From Psilocybe cubensis (Eukaryota), in contig CM038999.1 of NCBI GenBank assembly GCA_017499595.2, positions 2,046,001-2,110,000 of the forward strand: a stretch of 64,000 nt of DNA, in the 5' to 3' direction. Under the pieces are notes generated by a model, which was not told the DNA's origin, searched no databases, and saw nothing but the letters and a program-made list of their open reading frames with translations. Position numbers and translations under genes: made by a program. Position 1 is the stretch's first letter; the number at the start of each line of letters is the position of its first letter. Below are positions 39,018-52,143 of this stretch, piece by piece.

Positions 39018-42000
39018 TTAGAACTTTGCCGATGGATCTAGGGGACCGAGGGGTCCATATTTCTCGCCAGGGGTGTTTCTTGAGGCACCACCACTTCCTG
39101 ATCGAGGAGGTGCTCTTCGAGGAGGCGATGGTTCATGGGGAAGAGGCGTGTTGGGGGTTGTGGGCGATAATGTGTTTTGCAGTGGAGGTCCTCCTGGAGA
39201 GCTCGATCTAGTCAGCGGAGAGTATCCATTGCCACTGAGATTAGCAAGTTGTGTCGTTGAGCCGTCAGTTAGTTGGTACCGGGGAACATAAGTTGAACTT
39301 GGGGGCGTTGGCTTGTCGTCGAATCCCATTTCCAACATGGCTTCTAGCTCAGCACCCCCGACCGTCTTCGCAGTTTGCAGGGCCTCGTCTTGGGGTAGAA
39401 TGAGACCTACAGGAGGGGGAGGGAACTGGGCGTTGTGTTCGTTGTATCCACCAATTTGAGTCCCCCAATGATCATCGTCTGAGGAGTTGAGCGAGAATGT
39501 ATCGGACCCGTCATACTGACTACGTGTGTCCGGGGCAACAAGGAAATCGCGTTCTGATCCAAAGAAAACGCCTGAAGGGTGCGTTCGTTCGAAATCCTTT
39601 CGGCGTCTCTCTTCCCGCTTCAACTTCCTCAATCTGGAACGCTCCCAGTCTTCCCATCGCCGCATTGGCACCTCAGGCCCATTGCCACCACGACCGCCAC
39701 CACCATGTCCAGTATCTTTGCCTTCACCTTCAACTTTTCTGTAGGTTGAATTTAGTGTCAATTCAGTTATGTAGTGAGAGTGGCTTGCCTTGTTTCACCC
39801 CATGAAAAGTCGTCAAAATGCCAAAAGGCATATAGTGGTAAAATGAAATTCCAGACAGGCAAAGCAAGCAAGTAGACTAGCATCCAGAAAACGTAGACCA
39901 CTTTCCTTGTTGTGATAAGAATGAGAACCGCTGGAAGACCTAAAACAGCGATGAGAAGCATGAGAGGAATAGCTTCTTCGAATGTGTTGGGCGGATTAAT
40001 AGCCATCGAAATGATCAAGGCATACGTCAGAGCAATGGCAATGGGAAGGACGACAGTCCCGAGTAAGTCCATGAAGACAACAAACTGCATGCTGAAGCAA
40101 AATGTCCCGCAAAGGTTCCGTACAAGTACAAGTTCCATAAGATTATGAATAGTTGAGTTGATCCATCGACGTCGCTGAGATAAAAGAATTTTGAAGGTGT
40201 CCGGGACAATTGTTCTACATCTTGCCTGAGGCAAAAACATCATTTTCCTGTTTGGAAAAGTCCTGAGAAGAATAGTGGTAAGGAATCGATCCTCTCCTAG
40301 CAGCAGTAGGTTCTTCTGATGGAGGGTGGTGACCTCGCTCTGGCTGTACTCCTTGACAATTTCCGGCTTGATGATTAAAGGCACCCAATCATCACCGTTT
40401 GTTTTCCTCGCTTTGAGACGAAACATGGAGAAACAACCGGGTAGACAAGAAACACCTCCAAATACGGACTCAAAAGCTTTCGCCAGATGATGGGAAATGA
40501 AATATTCAAAAACTTGGATGGCAGTCACCCATGATTGGCGTTTATTGGCTATCCGGGTCTCGCCACAGACACCCATGATCATTTGGTCGTGATGCATACA
40601 GTTGACCAGATGTTTAAGCGACGAAGGGAAAACTTTTGTGTCAGCGTCAACCTGAAAGTTAACAATAATGCATTAGCACGGTCATAGTTTCTACTCAAAA
40701 AAATCAAAGTATACCATTAGGCAGACCTCGAAGAAATCCGGTGTAACACCCATTAGGATATGAATCTTACGGAAAAGGTCGAAGTCAAGTGGCGTCATAC
40801 GATCATTGTAAGTCACGCGCGAGAAAAAGTTCATCAAAATGAGCTGGCTATCCCGTTTACCACGATTGCCTGGTTTCTTGTCAGATACTGATTCAGCATC
40901 AGTGCCACATTTGACAACGATGACTGTTGGTGTACGACGCCCAGCAACCGCTAAACGTAGATCAGTCATGATTTTACCCATGCTAAATGAATTTGCTCAC
41001 TATAATGCCCTGCGTACACCATTGCACGATTTTGAGCCTTGGCTCCTGTGCCGACCGAGGTGTAGGACATTGGCATGGGGTTTCCAAACCTCGGGTCGGC
41101 TTCGAGCAAGCCAACACAAATGTCAGGGGTGCTTTTCTTTTCCCCAGCACCAGTGATCATCCCGTCGGCTACCACAAAGAGAAGCTTCCTAGCATCCGAA
41201 TATGTAGTAGTGGAGATGGAATCGAGAGTAGTTCTCAGAGATTCTTCACCCTCTGAGTAACACGTAACTAGGCAGACTGCAAAGAGTTCGGCTCCAATTT
41301 GTGCGAGACTCATAATAGGGGCCGCCGTCGCATCCTGGTTAATGAGAGTGGCACTGGACGAAGAGCTGAGGGCTTGACCGATTTTGTTCGGCTTAACCAA
41401 CCTCTTCTGTCCAGCAGTCCAAGGAGCAGTCCCATTGGTGTTGTCAACTGATATGTTGGCACCCTCGGGCATAACTGCAGGACTGATGGCTGATCTGTTC
41501 AGGTCTTGACTATTAGGTGGCCCTGCCAGACGTTCGGAGAGGAACCAATTGAAGATACACGCCATGACGAAACGAACAAACACAAGGCCGAGAATGACGA
41601 TTAGGCCGGCATAGAGGAAGAGACTGGAAACGAAACAGCCGGGAGTGACTTTGTCAATGTTGCCTGCGTAATAGCGCTCCTTGATGCAAGGTAGGGCCTT
41701 TTTAAGATCAGCTCTGTTGTCAAATAATCTAGTCGCATCCTTGCCACTGTCGCCTGCGCCTGCCCTGAGAATAGTGCGAATTGCGGTGTCAACATTGTCG
41801 GATGGAATAGGATTGTTATGAGTGGCGAGATAGGGGGAAAGATTGATGACAGCACCATCCAGAACAAAGTAGCTGCGCAAGGTTGCGACTTGGTCCCACG
41901 AATAACCTGCAATAAAGTCAGTCTTGAAGATATTGAGACCAGAGAAAGTAGAGGAGGCATTGATGGGGCCTAGGGGACACGGAGTGATGGTCGAACATGG

Positions 42001-42636
42001 AGGGTCGACCGCAACCCGAAAGTTGAGACCATGACAAGCTTTAAACTCTGCAGCGTCGCGTTGAAAAAAGGTCGTGGCGTCTTGTCCGGGAAGCTTCTGT
42101 GCCATGTCGATCAGATTGACGTCTGCGGGAGACTTTGCCGAAGAGACATTGAATATCGAGCCTCTGATGGCGAGAGTACCATGGGCAAAGGTAGAGTTGT
42201 AGCGAATAAACTGGGTAGCGACGGTCTCGGGACAGAGGACCTTCTGGAAGCCAACGGTGATGAAGCCAATAACGCAACAGAGAATGGCAATGATGAAGCA
42301 GAGGGCAAATTTTTCTCTCCACGCCTGCCTGACTGCCTTGTCCTTGAGACCACCGACGGAGCTAAGGAGAACGGCGGGGGCCCAAAAGGTGACGACCCTG
42401 GAAAAGATGCGCCAAGGAGTGGAGCCATTGTAGTCGTCTGGACTAGATGCAGCTGGATGACCTGGAGAAGTAGGAAGAAGATGGGGAGGATTTATGAGGG
42501 GAACTGGGGCGACACCACGCTCTGGCTTGGTGAGAGTCTTTGCGCGACGAATGGTGGCGCCTGTAGAGGGGGGCTGGCGGGTAGTTGGGATTGGGACATC
42601 TTGAAAATCGTAGTTTGTCTGGAAACGAAGAGCCAT
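39018..42636 (-). CDS. Chitin synthase, division 2 / class IV-like (no myosin head)
   Basis: RQAWREK, cytochrome-b5-like region, [69 protein letters not shown]. Confidence 0.95.
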
Positions 42637-42805
42637 GGGAGAGAAAGAGAGAAGGAAAGGAAAAGAGGGGAAAGGAATGTGAGATGCGTTGCGTTCACCA
42701 GCCTGCTGTTAGAAGGAGAATGAGAAGAGGTAAGTAAGAGGCGGTGGGAAATGCGAGTTGCCAAGAAAACAAACACGTGCCCCTCTGTTTTCTGCCGCCA
42801 TCATC

Positions 42806-44152
42806 ATGCTAGAAGAGGCCAGCGCCGCCAGCGACGTCGCCGCCCTCGCCGCCCTCGCCTCCCAACACCCACAGAGCCAGTACAACCGCGCCAAGTATGG
42901 CGAACATGGTCCGTGTCCATCGTCCTGACTGTGCTGCCTACAGTGACCGACCGTCTGTCTGCAGGTTCACCCGTCCCATACGCGCCCCTGTCCCTCCATC
43001 TCCCAGAGCAGTTTCGCCAGCTGCGCATCCGCCAGCGTCTCACTAGCCAGGCGCACCCGTGGTCGCCCGCACTCCCGACAACCCCCGACCATTTCTTTCC
43101 ACATCCGACACTCCCCGACCACCCGCCCCCCGCCGCCCCCAATCCCGCCCTCAAAAACTCCGTATCCCATCCTATAAAGTCGGTCTCCGTATGCTCGCCC
43201 CGCCCGCCCACATGCCCTGACCCCCTGCAGCATCTCCACCATCGTCCCCCCAGACCTCATTGCTCTCGTCGCCTCCCATGCTCTACTCTCTCCCCCGGAT
43301 CGACCCACCATCCTCGACCTTCCTCCCCTCTTTTCCCTGTCGCATCTTTCCACCTTTCCCGAGTCTACCTCTACCCTGCTCGTCGGTAACTTCTACCTGT
43401 CCTCGTGTCCCGGCAAAAAAGGTCTGTTCCGCTCCCCGTCGCTGCCCTCCTGTGCTCAGACATCCACAGTGCGACTCGACGGCCCTGTCAAGGGAAGAAA
43501 TGGTGTCTGTCGCGACCTCGATACAGACATGAGACGGATGCGCGCCCTTGGTGTGCGCTGTATAGTCTGGTAAGCCCCGCCATGCTTTCCTGTCTTCTCG
43601 GATTGACCCCTTTCCGTAGCTGTTTGGATGATGCTGAACTGGAATTCCTCGGTGTTCCATGGCAAGAATACGAACATGCTGCCAAAAGAATCGGTCTTGA
43701 TGTTCTTCGGTGCGTGCGACCATGTTTTCTCTCCCAGCTGAATCCTCTATATCTTGTTGTTGTTTAGTTTACCTATACCTGAAGGCCTGCCGCCTCTGTC
43801 CCCAGCATCCTTAGATGTTCATTTAGTTGACCTCATCCACAGGTATACTCTCCAAGGCTTTCCGATACTCGCCCACTGTAGGGGTGGTGTCGGCCGCGCT
43901 GGTCTCATTGCATGCTGCTGGATGATTCGGCTCGGACTCTGTGGCTCTACAATACCACCTCAGTCCGAGCATGGTCTTGGCAACTCTTCGCAACAGGTGT
44001 TGTCATTTGTCGAGACCGCCATCAACATTGTAAGAGAAAGGCGGAGCCTCAAGGCTATCGAAACCTATGAGCAAGTCAAATTCTTGGTCGACTATGTGGA
44101 ATTCCTTTGGTATGGAGTACCAACCCCTCAGGAAATCTATACCCCCGTCTGA
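42806..44152 (+). CDS. Cys-based dual-specificity protein phosphatase, CDKN3/KAP-like (multi-exon)
   Basis: NFYLSSCPGKK, CRDLDTD, CCLDD.EL..LG, CX5R loop HCRGGVGRAG, VRERRS.KAIETYEQ. Confidence 0.85.
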
Positions 44153-44428
44153 TGTCCCTTGCTGTTAATTTTGATATTTGTTTTTGTGATTTTTTGTTAA
44201 TCTCTATAATATTTTATCACTAGTTGCCATTGATTTGATTTCAGATACACCTCAAGTTAAACAGGCATATATTTTACACTCTCTACTGTGCTTTTCCACC
44301 CCTAAGAAACCACGTTACGTAATGCGAGTTTGATTATCGCTCAGCACTGAAGTCTGCTTGAAGTGTTAATCCCAACATCTATTTGACCAGGAGCGGATTG
44401 ATGCAAACGCTCTTTAAATTCCACTAAG

Positions 44429-47400
44429 ATGTCGCTAGCTAAAACACAGTTGAAGGCTGCCCGAGACTACATTTCAAAGAAAGACTACATCAATGCGAAA
44501 AGGGCAGCAACCCAAGTCTTAGACTTCGAACCTGAAAACTACAACGCGTATGTCGAATTCAAGCTCATTAGTATGTGTATTATCAATTGCGATCTTTTCC
44601 ATATCTAGTCATGTTTTCCTTGCCTTATCACTATCGGAAATGGGAGAGTTGGATGAGAGCGAGCGAGTAATTTCCCTGACGCCACTCTCATGTTATGTTG
44701 ACATTTGAGGGCTAATGTGTGATTCAGATCTATCGAAAGGCCACCGAGTTGAACCCGACACAACCTCTCGCATGGCAGGTCAGTATTCCCTTTTACAAGT
44801 CGTTTTTTCTTAATTGATATATCTCATCCAATCAGGGAATTTCCAACCTCTATGAGCGACAGAAAGATTGGGATAAGCAAGCTACCACGTTTATCCAGCT
44901 ACTAACACTGTTTAACAAATCGTGAGTTATGTCTCGAATTCATGCTCTCCATATCTGAATAAAATGGCTTAGTAAAGACGCAATCAAGCTCGCAGAGGTT
45001 TTGCAGAAGCTAATATCTTTATATCGCAACCATGGTACCCAAAGCCAAGTAAGTTTTTGCGTGATAGTTTCTATTCATAGAGGGTGTTTATTATCCGCAT
45101 ATACAGTTAATATCTGGTCTTTCATACTATCTTCCCGATTCTGAGTTTTACCCCCTTCTTTTGACCCTTCCACCGCCCGATGCCACAAATCCAGCTGGAT
45201 CCACCACATTTGATTCTCAAAACGCGATACACAATGGTTTCCGGATTCTCGAAGAAGTATTGTATCTTTCAGAGAAGTTAGAAGATGACACTTTCCAAAA
45301 GGAATTAGAGAGACGAAGGACTCGCCTCGGTGCACCTAGTGTAGATATTCTGAGGAAAGAAATCTTCTTGGAGCTTTTCAACGAGTCAAAGGCGAGTTTC
45401 ATTGGCTTGCTATGGATTGACTATATTCAGTGCGATAATATCTTCAGATACCCTGCCTATATGAATCTATCCTCAACCACCCTAATACTTCTGATGAGGT
45501 GCGTGGTGAAGTGGAGGCGAAGCAGCTTAGATATAAGCAAAGACAACTTTTTTCCATACCGCCTTCAAATCAAACCCTTAAATGCAAGGTATACACAGAA
45601 TTGAAGGAGATTGTAGAAGGGATCGTGCTTCTCAAGAAACCAGATGATCTGGGCTGGAAATTATATTTCGAAGAACAGGATTGTGAAGAAATCCGTAAGC
45701 CTTTTTCCATCTGAAAGCATCCGTCTACATTTCAACAAAGCTGTCCAGCTGAATATGGTCGCAATTATGTGCAACAATACATCAGACTTTTTCCGGAATC
45801 AGCACTGGCTTCTGCCTTTAAAGGATATTTTTCCTACAGACGGGAGACACTTTTCGAAGGTGAAGAAGATGCGGAACTGTATACCTTGACTGACGAAGAC
45901 CCTGTTGATACCCTACTAGTGAGTATATTTGGTATTTTGAATCACAAAGTTATCTAATCTCAAACCAAAGAACGCCTTTGCCAACTTGCCCGATTCTGTG
46001 CTTATGGCCCGATTACTTGGAGATGTATACCTTGAAGAGAAAGACTATGAAAATGCAATTAAAATCTCTAAACAAGGTTTGCAATTATTGAGTCGACTCG
46101 AGTTTGATATAGGGAAACATCTATGCAAGTAGGTCGCCCATGGCACAGATAACAGTCGACTTAGCTAAAATTCTGTTAGGACGCGTACAGGCTTCCAGGT
46201 GATCCTTGCGACATCTTTGGTACACTTCTTTCCTCCAAAACACCACAAAGAAGCAACTCGTATTGTCGATGACATCCTAACAAGATCTCCCAAGAATGCA
46301 TTGGCTTTGATGGACCGCGCTTATATCCTACAGGCCGCATCAAGTTGGGCAGAAGCTGGCGCCGTCTTTGTCCAAGTATCTTCCTTGCTTTCTGAACACT
46401 CTGAAATTGGTATGCGTGCCAAAGAAGAGAGTGCATGGTGTAAATGCCAATTGGGGCAATACGAAGCAGGCGGGGAGGAGCTACATCATGTTTTGGACGC
46501 TCTGAACAATTTGGAAGGTGAAGAGTACAATTCGGATCGAGCCCGATGCCTGTGGAGAATTGGCAAGTGCAATATGGACATTGGAGGTACGCATTGGTGA
46601 TTTGTTGTTTGATGCCCTAACATTGTCGATTCCACAGGAACAAATATACAATCTGCCTACAAATACTTTATCAACTCGCTAAAGCAAGATTCTGAGTTTG
46701 CTCCCGCCTTTACATCTCTGGGCATATACTACCTTGAATACTCTGCTCCACCAGACCCGATACGCTCGTCTAAATGTTTCCAAAAAGCATTTGAACTAGA
46801 TGCCCGGGAGACGATTGCAGCCAGACGCCTGGCGGAGGGTTTTGCCAACGAAAGAGAATGGGATCTAGTTGAGGTCGTCGCACAGAGAACAATAGACGGA
46901 GAGGGTGGTCTAAATGCTGGACTGGCTAAAGCTGAGCTAGATGCATCTAGCAGGTACCTTCCTACTAACTCATGGGCGTGGAAAGCAGTTGGTCTGGTTA
47001 AATTGGTAAGTCAAACAGATCCGTTACAGTGCAATCATACTGATTATTCATGATAGCACTATAAAGATTACACTACTGCTATTCAGTCCTTTCAAATTGC
47101 CCTTCGAGTCGAACCTGAGGATCAACCTTTATGGGTAAACTTAGGTGAGGCATATCACAAAGCAGGGAGGCATGTCGCTGCTTTGAAGGCATTAAACCAC
47201 GCTCTTCAAATGAAACCCGATGACTGGCTCTGCTCATACACTATCGCTGATGTCAAACAATCATTGGGTCTTTTTGGAGAATCTATCGCGATATTGGAAA
47301 AGATCCGGACTCTTCGCCCAGACGAAGCCGGCGTTTTGGTTAAGCTGGCTCAGGCGTATTTGGACCTCGGTCGTACAGAGATTTCGGATGGATTTCTAAT

Positions 47401-49793
47401 TCGTGCGGAGCAATCATTTGTCAATGCCATCGACGTGGCTCTTGACATGATGACTCGTGTATCCGGCTTTCGTACCATGGCATGGAAAATCATCGCAAAC
47501 GCCGCTTTTCATCTCTCTTCCTTTGTGGTCTACAACAACGAAGCCACATTATGCAGAGTACTGCAGGCGATACCTTTCATTGCCCCTCGAGAGTTGACCG
47601 AGCAGCTTGATAAAATCGTTCCGGTACCATCATTCCAAAATGATGTTCCGTTGAATGGCCTACAGATCCTGGCAGTTTCTGTTCATGCAGCATTATCTCA
47701 GATATCATTGAATCCTGGGAAGCAGATCAATAATTCGTGCGCATGGTACGATTTGGGTGTAGCTTTGCAGCTATGGGTGAAGAAGTCGCCCCCTTCTTTG
47801 GATGTGACGTCGGCAAAAGAGAAAATTATCGAATATCTCAAAACTGCGCTGCAGTTGGACGCTTCAAATGATATGTACTGGGTAGCCTTAGGAAACGCGT
47901 ACTTCCTTTCGCATGCGAAAGCCGCCCAACATGCGTATATCAAAGCATTGGAAATCGATACCAAAAACCCGAAAACTTGGATTAATCTAGGATTTTTGTA
48001 CTTTTATCACGGAGATGTTGAGCTGGCAAATGAAGCATTTTACCGCGCGCAGGTGCTGGATGCGGATAATACTCTTGCGTGGGTTGGTCAGTTTTTGGTT
48101 GCGACCGCCAGTGGGGACATGGCAGAGTCGGTCTTGTTACTTGAGCATGCTGTTGGGTTGCCGACTCCAGTGGTAAGAATTTATACATATTTAATTATAC
48201 CCAAGGTTGCTCAAGTATGTATTCAGTCCGAAGGAGATTACGAATTTTCATCTCAAGTATTCCTATCTGCAAAAAAATTGACGAAAAATGACAAATTTCA
48301 AGAATCCCTCCTTCCCGCATTTTTCTTACTTAATCGTTATTGCGCAACTCGTCCGCAAGATGCATCTGGTCTTCATCTTCTTGCGTTGGTCTGCGAGCGG
48401 CTTGGACATCTATCTCTCGGAGAAGAGCTCGTGGAGCGGACTATTGGCATATTGGAAACCGCATACGAGGAGACTGAAGATCCTGAGGTAGAATTACGTT
48501 ACATCATCGCAAACGCGACCCTTGGACGCCTCAAACTATCACAGGGCACGTACTCAGAGAGCGCAACATTTTTTGAGAGCGCTCTCGGTCTCTTAACGGA
48601 GAAAGAGGCCGGAGAAGGCCCGGTGCGGCTGTTGAAGGTGCAAGCATATTTGGGCCTGGGGCTTGCTCATTTCTTCCAAGACAACCTTGAGGAGGCTCTT
48701 GGACATCTGGAAAATGGTATGGCGGCTGCTGGGGATGATCTGTTTCTTCGCGGGCAGGTGACCATAGTACTGGCGCAAACATTATGGGCGCTCGGGACCG
48801 ACGAGGCTAAGGAGATCGCGAAGGCACGGCTTTTAGAGTGGTAAGATTTTTGATTGAATTGATTTCCTTTTTATTTCGTTCATTCTAAATCTACCATTTG
48901 CGTTTGTCCATTCTTTACCAATTTTGTGACATCTCGTACTGTATGCTGATGCCACTTTCAGCATTGCTTCGGACCCGGAAAATCTGCCTGCTATCAATAC
49001 ACTAGCAGGTATGGGTATATTGACGAACGATGATGGCCTAGTAGACGCTGCGTTGTCCGAGATCTTGGCGCTACCGCTCGACCAAAAACACCACTTGGAC
49101 CCACAACGGCACGTGGACTATTTGCTGATTCAGCATCACCTTGCCCAGGTACGTTCTAAGCACTCCCAACTAGTTGAAAGATATCTTTTCTGCATTCCAT
49201 TCCGTAGAAAATACTGAATGGAATACACAGCAACCGAAAACGACCCACCCCTCTTTTCTTTCTTGTTCTTTGTTACCGTTCATCTGCATCTGATATTGCG
49301 GGGGTCATTCTGCCTTGCTGCTTTATCTGTATTCTGCCTTTGGCTGTGCACATTTAATTAATTTCTACCATATTTTATTTAATAGGGCGCCACTGGAGAG
49401 ACAATGTCGATCGCGCAGCATTCTGTGAACGCTGAGCCGGGGAGTCTGGACCAAAGGAACAGACTTGCCTCTTTGATCGTGCAAAGTAGGGAGAACAAAG
49501 GCAGCACGAGCGGTGGGCAAGTGCAAAAGAGTGCACTTGCACTTTTAAGCGCGGGGGGTTTATCGGGAGACGTGGATGCTGCCGCCGTGGCGCTCAGCAT
49601 TCAAGCGGTGATGCAAGCGTCCTTGAAAGAGAAAGTGGACGTGGGGAACAAGGAGGGAAGGGGGGATGGGAGTGGTGGTAATGGTATGCAGCGCGATGCA
49701 TTGCGGAAAGCTCAGAGAGCGATTATGATGCGACCTTCGGAGATGCGAGGGTGGCAGACCCTTGCGTATGTGCGCGCGCGCAGCATCTCGTAA
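44429..49793 (+). CDS. SKI3: Superkiller protein 3 (TPR subunit of the SKI complex; multi-exon)
   Basis: K.QLKAAR.....KDY, P.NYNA, LAWQG, FAPAFTSLG.YY, KCFQKAFELD, NSWAWKAVG, HAYIKALE, W.NLG..Y and multiple TPRs. Confidence 0.92.
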
Positions 49794-49966
49794 ATTCAAT
49801 CATATTATGCTGTGCCCAAAAAATTTTTGCCATCGCTATCGACTGGAAAATGTACAAACCAAGAAGAAAAAAAGCGTGAATGTATCCCAGTGGTGATAAT
49901 GATAATATATATATAAGCAAAGGTGTATAGTAAGTAATGATCGTAACAGTTAGCTTCTAATGGATT

Positions 49967-51490
49967 CTATGATATGTGGATGACAAGGGCAAGGCGCCGG
50001 GCGATGGCGTTGTCGTCAATGTTTGTACTGGATTCTTTGACAGCGTCTAGCCACCATTGGAGCCGCGACTGAAGGTCGGTCGTGGAAAGGCCCCTTGCGC
50101 CACTACATAAAGAAAAAGGATGCAAAGAGTCAGTTGACTTGACTCGAGATGACCGGAAAAGGGAAAGGGAATGGTGGTAGGTTTACGTACATTCCACGCT
50201 CCTCAAGCGCCTCTCTGAGCTCACGCAGGGAGAGGGATGCGGTGAGCTTGTCCTGAAAGAGCAGCTGGTCATCACGCGTGATAAATTGGAGGTGGCGCCG
50301 TATCCGCCGTATCCGCAGGGCATCGATCCCGATGGTAGATAGGCCGAGAAGACTAGATAAAAGAACAAGGAGAGTGTGGCGTTAGTTCAAATTTATAAGG
50401 AATTTTTCGGTGCCCTGTCGCTCCGCGAGAAAGGTAAAAAGGTAAATTGAAAAGAATGAAAAATTAAAGCAAGCAGGTGCAGAAGAAGAACAAGGGAAGA
50501 TATAATGAATGCACGGAAAAAGAGGGAAATAGGGAAGACGGGGGAAAGTGCAAGGTGAGACAACAAGGGGGCAGGAATAATGAACGTACCCGCATACGGC
50601 CGTGGGAGCGGAGGAAGTGTTGCGCAGGGCAGAGAGCGGGAGGAAACCTGCCGGGTTCTCAGCGCGCTTGAGCGCGGCGTATACGGTGTAGTACTGCGAG
50701 GAAAATGTTTTCGCCTTTTCGGCGCGCTTTGTCTCGATGCGCTCACGCTGCGAAGGCAGGATACAGGTCGAGGGCAGGAGGAAGGGCGCATATATCGCGA
50801 TGAGGGGGATGATTTCTTCGAGGACGAGGGCGATGAGGAGGAAGGGAATAATTCTAACCGGGCAGTTGTTAGTATGGGTTCAAAATGAATAATAGAGTGC
50901 GGTGTACTTGTTGATGTCGTCCTTCTGAGTCTCGATGAGACGGAACTCTGAACGGGTCAGTGGTGCGCCGCCACCTCTGACTCGTGCTTTAATAATAGCG
51001 ATTTCTTTCCGGCGAAAAAAAACAAGTTTGACACCTCTATAGTAGAATTTCTGGGGGAAAGAAGATGAAACACGCCTCGCAAAGAACACAGACGACATAC
51101 AAAGAGCTGGATGCCCTGGTGGAGGGTCCGCCTGAACCAGTTTGCATCTGGGGGTGGAGGTGTGAGAATGCCATGGGCTTGGGCATCGTGGAGGTCGTGC
51201 TGGACCTCTTCCTTTGCAGTAGAGAGCTTTGTAGGGTTGGTGGGAGAGGGTGTGGGTGGAATAAAGGAGCGGGGGAGCTTTGCAGGTAACGGGGATGAAG
51301 ACTTGGGCTTTATTGGAGCTGGACGGAGGTCGATCTTTGGTTTCTTGGAGAGTGGTGGGGGCGGGGCGTCCTTGTCGGTGTTTGGGACGGGAGCGGGGGC
51401 GGGGGCAGGGATTGAGTAGAGACGAATGAGCTGAGGAAGAGCAGAGGCTGCCTGCCGTCTGGAATGCTGGAGCCCGACGGTACGCAACAT
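49967..51490 (-). CDS. LETM1-like mitochondrial protein (multi-exon)
   Basis: Mitochondrial presequence (MLRTVGLQHSRRQ...IRLYS), KFYYRGVK, R.EFRLI....DD..K, IPF.LI...LEEIIPL.A...P..LPSTC..P.Q, DD.L....., L..AL.ERG. Confidence 0.78.
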
Positions 51491-51579
51491 GGTCTTGGTC
51501 AATCCAATGCGAATTCGAACAGCGACTTGCACAAAAATCCCACTGGTCACCAATTTGTCACATCACACCCTTTTCTTCC

Positions 51580-52103
51580 ATGGACGACCTGCTTGGTGAA
51601 CCGGATGCAAACGCTATTGCAACCACCGTCGCTCTCCTGAGAAGCATGGCACACGGAGAGCTCGCATTCAACCCGGCCCAGCTCACTCTGCGCGGAGAGA
51701 GCGCAGAGATCTATCAGTTGGCGCTCAAGGCGCACTCGCTGGCTTTGGAGCACACGTGCTCGAGTATTTTGGCGGGGCAGGGGAGCGAGAGCGACGATGC
51801 GGGCGATGTTGGCTTTCATCTAGGTGAAGGCGACTACAGCAAGGCAGAGAATGTACTCAAGGCGCTCAGTCTGCCTGTGACTCAGGTGGGCAGCCTCGCG
51901 CGTGGGCTTATCGCTGGGACAGTAGACTAATATAATAACTACAGACAACGACAATGAATAGACCGGATGGATGGACAGAGACACTGCAGAACGAGTACTA
52001 CTTCCGCATCGCAGGTCCCAATTCGCGCTACATTTTCTTTCTGGTCGGACAGACGGACACGGGAGGCTGGGGTGGGCTCGTTGGCGCAGGCGTATGGACG
52101 TGA
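51580..52103 (+). CDS. Small uncharacterised protein, 154 aa (exons 51580-51885 and 51945-52103), possible NuiA-like fold
   Basis: A 59-nt GT-AG intron with a CTAAT branch site joins two in-frame exons. Contains GSESD and ends YIFFLVGQTDTGGWGGLVGAGVWT*. Confidence 0.7.
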
Positions 52104-52143
52104 CATCTCATGTGTGACCGCCTATGTATCTTGAACTGCAACC

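Noticed and set aside
42031-42723. 230-aa + strand ORF antisense to chitin synthase
   Set aside because: Shadow ORF from GC-rich codon usage on the opposite strand, with no recognisable motifs.
42751-43389. 212-aa Arg/Pro-rich ORF
   Set aside because: Reads through introns and mixed frames of the phosphatase gene in C-rich sequence.
48173-48225. Apparently stop-free intron read through in the SKI3 ORF
   Set aside because: Ordinary GT-AG intron with no sign of a functional retained peptide.
51922-51944. Alternative 23-nt intron for the NuiA-like gene
   Set aside because: Too short for typical fungal splicing. The 59-nt intron keeps the same frame and has a normal size.
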